From Halobacteriota archaeon (GTDB lineage Archaea; Halobacteriota; UBA148), in contig JBHPDI010000003.1 in the NCBI GenBank assembly GCA_042577985.1, positions 1 to 47,692 of the forward strand: 47,692 nucleotides of DNA, in the 5' to 3' direction. The position numbers were made by a program, and so were the translations under genes. The notes beneath the pieces are model-generated. The model did no database searches. It worked only from the letters and a program-made list of their open reading frames with translations, and was not told the origin of the DNA. Below are positions 38,061 through 47,692 of the stretch, piece after piece. Numbering within the stretch: the first letter of the stretch is position 1; every line of letters begins with the position of its first letter.

Positions 38061-39287
38061 ATGAGTGATACTAGTGCTGACCCAGAACGAGATGATTTCT
38101 CGAAATACTTGATCGATAGAGTACGTCAATTAGAGGAGAAAAATCTCAGACTTTGGGAGGAGTATCGTAGAATAGAGAGTGAAAAGCGATCTACCGAAAA
38201 CCAAAAAATACAGTACGAGCGAGAGACTCGAAAGTTGAAAAGTGAGCTTGAAAGATTGAAAGGTCCGCCATTGGTGGTGGGGACCATCCTAGATGTTCTA
38301 GAAAACGAGAAAGTGGTGATTAAGAGTAGTACAGGTCCCAAATTTGTTGTAAATGCCTCACAATTTATCGAAGGATCCGAACTACTACCTGGAACCAGGG
38401 TTGCCCTGAATCAGCAGACGTTGGCAGTCGTTGGCGTGCTTTCGCCGCCAAAGGATCCCACAGTTTATGGAATGGAGATCGTTGAATCCCCATCTGAAGA
38501 TTACGATCAAATAGGTGGACTGGAAGAACAAATAAAAGAACTAAAGGAGACCGTTGAGCTGCCCTTAATTAATCCTGACATATTCGATAGGGTTGGCATC
38601 AAACCACCAAAAGGAGTGTTATTATATGGTCCTCCAGGAAGCGGAAAAACGCTGATGGCAAAAGCTGTCGCAAAGCGTACAGATGCTACTTTTATTAGGA
38701 TCGTGGGCTCTGAAATGATTCAAAAATATATAGGTGAAGGTGCTCGTCTTGTTCGCGAGTTATTCGAAATGGCGAGAGAGAAATCGCCCTCCATCATATT
38801 CATAGATGAGTTGGATGCAATAGGAGCGAAACGTCTCGAAAGTGCAACATCTGGCGACAGAGAGGTTCAGCGAACGCTTATGCAACTCCTAGCAGAGATG
38901 GATGGATTTGATCCGAGAGGAAATGTTAAGATTATTGCAGCGACCAATCGCCTGGACATCCTAGATCTTGCTCTACTTCGTCCTGGTCGATTTGATAGAA
39001 TGATCGAGGTGCCGCTACCAAACGTTGAGGCCAGAATAGAGATACTCAAAATACACACCGAGTCCATGAATCTCGCTGATGAAATCGACTTTAACCAAAT
39101 GGCCTCTGTAACGGATGGTTTAAGTGGGGCAGATCTGAGCGCCATCGTCATGGAAGCCGGTATGTTTGCCATTCGAGAGGAGAGGGAGGCGGTAACGATG
39201 GGAGATTTTGATAGGGCTGTAAAGAAAGTGTTAGCAAGCTCTCCAAAAATGGAGCCGTTATCCAATCCTGGCGAAATGTTCGTTTGA
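38061..39287 (+). CDS. pan: Proteasome-activating nucleotidase
   Basis: Coiled coil, [32 protein letters not shown]. Confidence 0.96.
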   Translation: MSDTSADPERDDFSKYLIDRVRQLEEKNLRLWEEYRRIESEKRSTENQKIQYERETRKLKSELERLKGPPLVVGTILDVLENEKVVIKSSTGPKFVVNASQFIEGSELLPGTRVALNQQTLAVVGVLSPPKDPTVYGMEIVESPSEDYDQIGGLEEQIKELKETVELPLINPDIFDRVGIKPPKGVLLYGPPGSGKTLMAKAVAKRTDATFIRIVGSEMIQKYIGEGARLVRELFEMAREKSPSIIFIDELDAIGAKRLESATSGDREVQRTLMQLLAEMDGFDPRGNVKIIAATNRLDILDLALLRPGRFDRMIEVPLPNVEARIEILKIHTESMNLADEIDFNQMASVTDGLSGADLSAIVMEAGMFAIREEREAVTMGDFDRAVKKVLASSPKMEPLSNPGEMFV

Positions 39288-39320
39288 AAAACTTTAGAGA
39301 TTTTTTTTGAATTCAAACCT

Positions 39321-39920
39321 TTACTTAGATAGTTCACTCCAGATACCTATAAATCGTTGAATAGCTGTAAAATGGCTTGTAATTGCTACTGCAAACAACA
39401 TCCATCCAAGAATAGGTAACCAATAGATGTTGTCCGAGTAGACAAAATTGGCGATCGTCGCAATAAATATCACTACCAGCCTATCAGCTCTGCCCAAAAT
39501 TCCCCCGTAATATCTTCCAATGTGTACAGCTTGTGCTTGTGTCCCTAGATAACTCGTTAATAAAACGCCCGTGATCGCAGCAACACCGATCTGCCAAGGT
39601 GCATATCCTCCAAAGAAGATTCCGCAGACGATGAATATATCAGCATACCTATCGATCACATGGTCTAGAAAGTCACCTCTCAAGTCTGCTGTACCAATAT
39701 GGCGTGCAAGTGTCCCATCCATCACATCAGAGAACGCATTTAGAAAGACCATAAGACCAGCAAGGAGTAAAAATCTGAAATAGAAGGAGATACCTGCTAG
39801 AGCTGCAAATAAGAAAGATGCAACTGATAAGTAATTTGGATCCACGCCCAAATCATCCAGTGCACTTGCCATCGGGTCGATAATCCCTCTAAAAAATGGT
39901 CTAAACGAGTCAAGAGTCAT
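39321..39920 (-). CDS. CDP-alcohol phosphatidyltransferase (archaetidylinositol-phosphate synthase-like)
   Basis: DxxDGxxAR...GDFLDHVIDRYAD motif. Confidence 0.9.
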   Translation of the reverse strand: MTLDSFRPFFRGIIDPMASALDDLGVDPNYLSVASFLFAALAGISFYFRFLLLAGLMVFLNAFSDVMDGTLARHIGTADLRGDFLDHVIDRYADIFIVCGIFFGGYAPWQIGVAAITGVLLTSYLGTQAQAVHIGRYYGGILGRADRLVVIFIATIANFVYSDNIYWLPILGWMLFAVAITSHFTAIQRFIGIWSELSK

Positions 39921-40444
39921 CCAAATACCTCTTCACTCCAATCAATTGAACCTGGACGGTAATTGTCAGAGCCATTGAGAATTTGCATAACACAGCTCGC
40001 AACCTCGGCCACATCTTTATCAGACGTATTTATCTCGTGCACATTATCATTCATTTCAAGAGCTTCAATAAGTATGACATCCAGTGCTTCAGCCTCTACA
40101 TTCTCATTTATCTTTGCATCATCAAATCCCTTTCTAATCAGTCGTCTCCTGAGTTCATATGGTGATGCCCTAAGCACGATAAAAACATCTAATGGCAGAT
40201 AATGTGCCAAATGCCCTTCAAATATGGTCGTTTTTTTTACGTCCCAATATTTTACATAATCTGACACATATTTTATGAGTGCATCTGTATCTGTTATCAG
40301 GGTATTGCGCTGTTGGTCCTTTCCCGTATAAAGTTTCTTGTCCTTGATGAGTTGATTCAGATCGATCACAGGGTAGTATTTTTTGAGGATTTTGCATGCG
40401 GCACTTTTTCCAGTCCCTGGAGTTCCTGTGATGCCTATCTTCAA
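39917..40444 (-). CDS. Putative adenylate kinase (AK6/Fap7 family)
   Basis: ITGTPGTGKS, EGHLAH, ENVEAE. Confidence 0.9.
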   Translation of the reverse strand: MKIGITGTPGTGKSAACKILKKYYPVIDLNQLIKDKKLYTGKDQQRNTLITDTDALIKYVSDYVKYWDVKKTTIFEGHLAHYLPLDVFIVLRASPYELRRRLIRKGFDDAKINENVEAEALDVILIEALEMNDNVHEINTSDKDVAEVASCVMQILNGSDNYRPGSIDWSEEVFG

Positions 40445-41517
40445 GTCTGTACACCTTTAAAAGCTTCGATAACACGTATATTTTGCTCCTTTGTACCAAC
40501 GCTTATCCTGATCAATGAATCTCCTGCACCTCTGAAAGAGCTACAATCCCGTACAATTATTCCTTTTTGCAATAGTGATTCACATATCTCCTCAGCGGTA
40601 AACGGCGATACGTCCACTAAAATGAAGTTTGCTTGGGAAGGGTACGTCTTGAAGGGTATGTTATTCTGGAGGAACGCCCTTCCACTTCTTATGGTTTTGA
40701 TTGTTTGGCGTAGATGTTCCCTATCCCCCAATGCTGCTACCCCTGCAGATATCCCAATCCTATTAACGCTAAAGACCGGAACAATTTTCATATATTCTTT
40801 AGAGATTTCGGGAGGGGCTACAGCATAACCGATTCTTAATCCTGCTAAACCAAATGCTTTAGACATCGTGCGTGTGACGATGAAATTTTCGTATTCTCTG
40901 ACAAGTTTTACCATAGAGGAGTCTGCAAATTCCGCATATGCCTCATCCAAAATCACCATAGATTCTGTGGCGTCAAGCAACTGTCTAAGATCACTTTCCT
41001 TCATAAGGTTCCCTGTCGGATTGTTTGGAGAGCATATGAAAATGATCTTGGTCTTTTCACTCACTGCACCTAGCAATTTGTCAACGTCGACATCAAAATT
41101 CGGATTTCTGGGCACGAATATGGAAATACCGCCACAGACTAATGTAAAAATCTCATAATATTGAAAAGTTGGGATAGAAATTATCACCTCATCATTTTTC
41201 TCCACAAATAATCGCGTCAATAAATTGAGTAAGTCGTCCATGCCGTTACCGACTACTATTTGATCTGCAGGGTAACCAATATATTTTGCTAGCTCATGCC
41301 TCAACTCCTTAGCACCTTTCGGAGGGTAAACGCTGATGGTGTTTGCATTATATCTTACCGCTTTGACTGCCTCGGGACTAGGTCCTAAAGGATTCTCGTT
41401 TGAACCTAGCTTGAGGATGTCTTCAGGAATAAACCCGTATTCTTTGGCTACATCCTCTATCGTCTTTCCAGGTACATATTCACTTATCTTAAGAATAGAA
41501 TTCCTTATCTTAGGCAA
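40441..41517 (-). CDS. hisC: Histidinol-phosphate aminotransferase
   Basis: KLGSNENP, SPNNPTG, DEAYAEF, RTMSKAFGLAGLRIGY; TTG start 41517 after GAGGTGG. Confidence 0.92.
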   Translation of the reverse strand: MPKIRNSILKISEYVPGKTIEDVAKEYGFIPEDILKLGSNENPLGPSPEAVKAVRYNANTISVYPPKGAKELRHELAKYIGYPADQIVVGNGMDDLLNLLTRLFVEKNDEVIISIPTFQYYEIFTLVCGGISIFVPRNPNFDVDVDKLLGAVSEKTKIIFICSPNNPTGNLMKESDLRQLLDATESMVILDEAYAEFADSSMVKLVREYENFIVTRTMSKAFGLAGLRIGYAVAPPEISKEYMKIVPVFSVNRIGISAGVAALGDREHLRQTIKTIRSGRAFLQNNIPFKTYPSQANFILVDVSPFTAEEICESLLQKGIIVRDCSSFRGAGDSLIRISVGTKEQNIRVIEAFKGVQT

Positions 41518-42652
41518 GAACTTCCACCACCTCATCGATCTGTTCTTTTGTGATAACAAGGGGTGGTGCAAATCTGATCACTTTCTCTGAGATGCAATTT
41601 AATAGGACCCCTCTTTCCCTTGCTTTATCAATTATAGGGCTTCCGTCCATCTTCAACTCCATCCCGATCATCAATCCCTTACCACGAACTTCCTTGATAT
41701 AATCGTGCCTTAGCTCGCCTAATTTTTCAATGAGGTATTTTCCCATTTTTGCTGATCTATCGACCAAACCCTCTTCAAGAGCATCGATAGCCCCGAGGGA
41801 GGCTGCACATACTAGGGGGTTCCCCCCAAAAGTAGAGGCATGATCGCCCCTCTTGAACTTTTGGGCCACACTATCTTTCGCAACCATCGCGCCCATGGGT
41901 AAGCCCCCGGCAATTGCCTTTGCTAGGACCATAATATCCGGCTGGACTTCCCAGTGCATTGATCCAAACCATCTACCTGTCCTGCCAAAGCCAGTTTGTA
42001 CCTCATCGAAAATGAGCAATGTATCAGAATCATCGCAGACCTCCCTAACAGCCCTTAGATATCCGTCTGAAGGAATATTCACTCCCCCCTCGCCCTGTAT
42101 GGGCTCTAATATGACCGCAGCTGTTTTTGGGGTGATCGCATTTTGAATCTCCTCTGCATCATCATATGGTACGAACTTGATCCCAGGAGTTAATGGTTCG
42201 AATGATTTCCTATACTTTTCCTTGGATGTAACGCTCAGTGCACCCATACTTCTGCCATGAAAAGAGCCTTGAGCAGCTATGAAGTCTGTTTTGTTAGATG
42301 CCTTTCTTGCGAGTTTTAGCGCCGCTTCAACCGCTTCTGCACCTGAGTTACAGAAGAATACTTTGTCCAAGTTTGTCAGAGATGCTATTTTTTCTGCAAG
42401 CTCAACTTGTATCTCAGTATAATATAAATTGGATGTGTGAATCAATCGCTCTGCTTGTTCCTTAATAGCAGAAACGACTTTTGGGTGGCAGTGCCCAACA
42501 TTGTTAACAGCTATACCAGCCACACAGTCAATATATTCTCTGCCGTTAATATCCCACACAGTTGCACCTTTGCCCTCTGAGATCACAATTGGCTGGCGAG
42601 TGTAGGTTTGGACCACATACATAGCATCCTTATCAATCACAGCTTTATTCAT
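41510..42652 (-). CDS. argD: Acetylornithine aminotransferase
   Basis: NSGAEAVEAA, SFHGRS, EPIQGEGG, DEVQTGFGRTG, LAKAIAGG. Confidence 0.92.
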   Translation of the reverse strand: MNKAVIDKDAMYVVQTYTRQPIVISEGKGATVWDINGREYIDCVAGIAVNNVGHCHPKVVSAIKEQAERLIHTSNLYYTEIQVELAEKIASLTNLDKVFFCNSGAEAVEAALKLARKASNKTDFIAAQGSFHGRSMGALSVTSKEKYRKSFEPLTPGIKFVPYDDAEEIQNAITPKTAAVILEPIQGEGGVNIPSDGYLRAVREVCDDSDTLLIFDEVQTGFGRTGRWFGSMHWEVQPDIMVLAKAIAGGLPMGAMVAKDSVAQKFKRGDHASTFGGNPLVCAASLGAIDALEEGLVDRSAKMGKYLIEKLGELRHDYIKEVRGKGLMIGMELKMDGSPIIDKARERGVLLNCISEKVIRFAPPLVITKEQIDEVVEVLA

Positions 42653-42944
42653 TTATACCCCATTTTGATAATTAATAGGCTCCGAACATTATAAAAAAGT
42701 GCTTTTTTATTATATCTGATCAAATTTGATGAAGATGAAGCAAAAAAGCCATCGATAGATTTTAAAGCTAGTGTCAAGTAAAAATAAACAAGCTCAGATT
42801 AAAATGAAAAATTTTAGAATTTAGTAAGCATTAAGCGGTCGCTATTGAGGTATAGTCTGTATTTATGACATTCTTCTTCATGTCTTTTAGCAAGAGGGAA
42901 TTCAATGCCAAAATGGGAGAATAACACATGATAATTTTATAATA

Positions 42945-45138
<2,194 letters not shown>

Positions 45139-45142
<4 letters not shown>

Positions 45143-45318
45143 CGCCTAAGGTCTGGTGGCAAGAGATTTGGAATACCATCTTCAATAGGATAACGCTCAT
45201 CGCATTTTGCGCAGTAAAGCGTTCCGGTGATTATTTCCTCGTCGCCTTCGACGACCTCTAACTCAAGATCACACTTACACATCGGACAAGCAATGATGTC
45301 CATTAAATCCCTTTTCAT
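45139..45318 (-). CDS. trm112: Trm112 family methyltransferase activator
   Basis: IIACPMCK...C..C..YPIEDGIPNLLP. Confidence 0.9.
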
Positions 45319-45351
45319 GTTGACCACCTCAGCATATCTCAATATGATATT

Positions 45352-46659
45352 TCACGTCTTAAACCTCTTCATCAACTTTCGCATTGGGAATTTTCCCCCC
45401 CTAAGACCTTTCATAGCATTTTTCATCATTTTGTGGTATTTCAACAATTCACGAACATCCTCGGAGGAAGTGCCAGATCCCATGGTGATTCGTTTTATTC
45501 GAGAGCTGCCGACGATTCTTGGGTCCTGCATCTCTTCGTCGGTCATCGAATCCATTACCACCTTATAGCGACTTAGCCTATCCTTGGTGACTTTATATGC
45601 TTCATCAGATACATCCACCCCCATACCGATGGGCATCATCTGCATCACTTGCTTAATAGGACCTAGTTTACTTATAGCTTCCAGTTGTTTATACATGTCC
45701 TTTAAGGTGAACTTTCCGCGAATCATGGATTCTACGTCTAAGTCCCCTATGGCCGAACTTTCTTCCGCCCTCTCGATGAGGCTCTTGATATCTCCCATGC
45801 CAAGTAATCGAGATATGAACCTATCTGGATCGAATCTTTCTAGATCGTCTAACTTCTCACCGATTCCGATAAAGGCTATAGACGAATTTGTTTCTGAGAT
45901 GGCTGATAGAGCTCCGCCCCCTTTAGAGGTGCCATCCAATTTGGTTATTATTACGCCATTAATTCCAATTGCATCATCGAAATCCTTCGAATATTTGCCA
46001 GCAAGTTGTCCCATTGCTCCATCTATCACGAGAAAATTTTGATCCGGCTTTACAAGCTTGTGAACTTGTTTAATTTCCTTGATCAAATCTGAATTGAGCG
46101 CATGGCGTCCTGCGGTGTCAATAATCTTCACATCCCCTTTGAGCTCTTTTAACCCATTTTTTATGATAGTAAGAGTATCGCCATCCTTCTCGCCGTAGAA
46201 TAGTACGTTTATCTGCTCGCACAGTTTTTTTAGCTGATCATATGCTCCTGGTCTGTCAGAGTCAGCGCAAATAACGGCTGGTTTTAGTCCCTTTCTTTGA
46301 AAATATCTGGCAAGTTTCGCCACAGTAGTTGTTTTTCCTCCGCCATATAATCCAACCATCAGGATCTTTTGATTTTTTAGTGGAACTTCCGTGCTCTTAC
46401 CAATTACCTCCACCAACTCTTGATACACGATTCGAACAACATGCTCCCTCGGATTTGCCCCTGCAAGAGGTTTCTCCTTGAGAGATCTCTCCCTTATTCT
46501 CTGCGATAAACCCATTACTAGCCCGACGTTCACGTCTGCTTGCAATAATGATCTCTGAATATCCTTGACCATTTCATCTATTGTTTGAGGATCTATCCTT
46601 TTAGACCTAATTATCTTCTTGACCACATTCTGTAGTGAGATACTTAGGTTATCTATCAT
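45352..46659 (-). CDS. srp54: Signal recognition particle protein SRP54
   Basis: LLQADVN, GKTTT, DTAGRH, TKLDG, RLLGMGD, M-domain DSMT. Confidence 0.95.
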   Translation of the reverse strand: MIDNLSISLQNVVKKIIRSKRIDPQTIDEMVKDIQRSLLQADVNVGLVMGLSQRIRERSLKEKPLAGANPREHVVRIVYQELVEVIGKSTEVPLKNQKILMVGLYGGGKTTTVAKLARYFQRKGLKPAVICADSDRPGAYDQLKKLCEQINVLFYGEKDGDTLTIIKNGLKELKGDVKIIDTAGRHALNSDLIKEIKQVHKLVKPDQNFLVIDGAMGQLAGKYSKDFDDAIGINGVIITKLDGTSKGGGALSAISETNSSIAFIGIGEKLDDLERFDPDRFISRLLGMGDIKSLIERAEESSAIGDLDVESMIRGKFTLKDMYKQLEAISKLGPIKQVMQMMPIGMGVDVSDEAYKVTKDRLSRYKVVMDSMTDEEMQDPRIVGSSRIKRITMGSGTSSEDVRELLKYHKMMKNAMKGLRGGKFPMRKLMKRFKT

Positions 46660-46661
46660 AT

Positions 46662-47558
46662 TTAATCCTCAAATAATCTATCAAACAACCATTCGGGCTG
46701 GAACTTCACTAGGTCATCGTATTCCTGTCCTGTTCCCAAAAAAAGTATTGGCGACCCAGTAGCATATGCTATAGAGATTGCTGCACCACCTTTCACATCC
46801 ACATCCGCCTTGGTAAGAATGGAGCCATTGATATTAATTGTATCGTTAAACATCTTTGCCCGCACTATGGCATCGTTTCCGGCAATCGCCTCGTCGATGA
46901 AGATAACAAGATCCGGACTTGTCACCCTAGATATCTTCTTTAGCTGGTCCATCAAGCCTACCTTCGTATGCAGTCTACCGGCGGTATCTGCCAGCAAAAC
47001 GTCTTTGTGTCTTGCCGTGGCATATTGAACTCCATCGTATATCACTGCAGTGGGATCGGCACCAACTTGGTGTTCAATTAGCTTAACGCCTAATCGCTTT
47101 GCGTGTATGCCTATTTGTTCAGATGCACCTGCTCTGTGTGTATCTCCAGCTGCGATGATTACGGAATATCCATTCTTCTGCAGATGCTGAGTCATTTTTG
47201 CGATGGTAGTTGTTTTACCCACCCCATTGACCCCGACAAAAAGGATTTTTATCGGTTTTTTTGCATTCTTGATATACTCATCAAAATCAAAATCTCTTGC
47301 AGATAGCACCTTTTCTAATGCATCACGTATTGCATTCTCTAATATGTCCTCAGCGTGTTTCCTTTTAGTATCGAAGAGCTTTGTTTTCATTGACTGCACT
47401 ATTTCCTCTGCAACTGGCAATGCAACATCGCTTTCAATAAGACCTATTTCAAAATCCCACAGCATCTTCTCTAGGTTCTTTTCATCTAATTCACCCTTAA
47501 GAAGTGTCGTTGCCTCTTTTTGAAAGGCATTAATTCTTTTTTTCACACCATCGAACAT
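46662..47558 (-). CDS. ftsY: SRP receptor FtsY (short, NG domain only)
   Basis: [30 protein letters not shown]. Confidence 0.95.
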   Translation of the reverse strand: MFDGVKKRINAFQKEATTLLKGELDEKNLEKMLWDFEIGLIESDVALPVAEEIVQSMKTKLFDTKRKHAEDILENAIRDALEKVLSARDFDFDEYIKNAKKPIKILFVGVNGVGKTTTIAKMTQHLQKNGYSVIIAAGDTHRAGASEQIGIHAKRLGVKLIEHQVGADPTAVIYDGVQYATARHKDVLLADTAGRLHTKVGLMDQLKKISRVTSPDLVIFIDEAIAGNDAIVRAKMFNDTININGSILTKADVDVKGGAAISIAYATGSPILFLGTGQEYDDLVKFQPEWLFDRLFED

Positions 47559-47561
47559 AGG

Positions 47562-47692
47562 TTACCCATACTGAGAGACTTTCAACTGCAAACTCTGCAT
47601 TTCCTTGTGTATCTCCTCTAGGTCCTTCCTAAGACGATCAAGCATCTTGCCCATTTGATCTTTTCTTTCCACTAGGCTTTGTCTTGCTTCAT
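47562..47692 (-). CDS. pfdA: Prefoldin alpha subunit, C-terminal part (window edge)
   Basis: EARQSLVERKDQMGKMLDRLRKDLEEIHKEMQSL coiled coil directly upstream of ftsY (known archaeal synteny). Confidence 0.65.
   Translation of the reverse strand, partial: EARQSLVERKDQMGKMLDRLRKDLEEIHKEMQSLQLKVSQYG

Noticed and set aside
37388-39287. aMBF1-PAN divergent pairing as a novel system
   Set aside because: Known conserved archaeal neighbourhood

Overview
Archaeal chromosomal segment, most likely Halobacteriota (Methanomicrobia-like). This is inferred from type II GAPDH, PAN/aMBF1, NreA, tRNA-Ile2(CAU), the pfdA-ftsY-srp54-trm112-pyrG order and GGTGA/GGAGG ribosome-binding sites. Housekeeping genes (sufCB, aroAC, gap, pdaD, pan, hisC, argD, pyrG, srp54, ftsY) and five tRNAs are mixed with accessory loci. 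These include a Tat-exported polysulfide/thiosulfate-reductase-like molybdoenzyme operon with chaperone and Lrp regulator, a two-rhodanese lipoprotein, an RsbU_N-PAS sensor coupled to a P-loop ATPase, two tandem repeat-protein/K+-channel paralogs (one with a destroyed filter), and a decaying Mrp/MinD operon. The most unusual non-coding signals are a tRNA-Asn(GTT) with a structured 102-nt intron that copies its own anticodon and splice motifs, and a solitary CRISPR-type repeat with no array or cas genes in the window. All calls come from reading the sequence; no searches were run.
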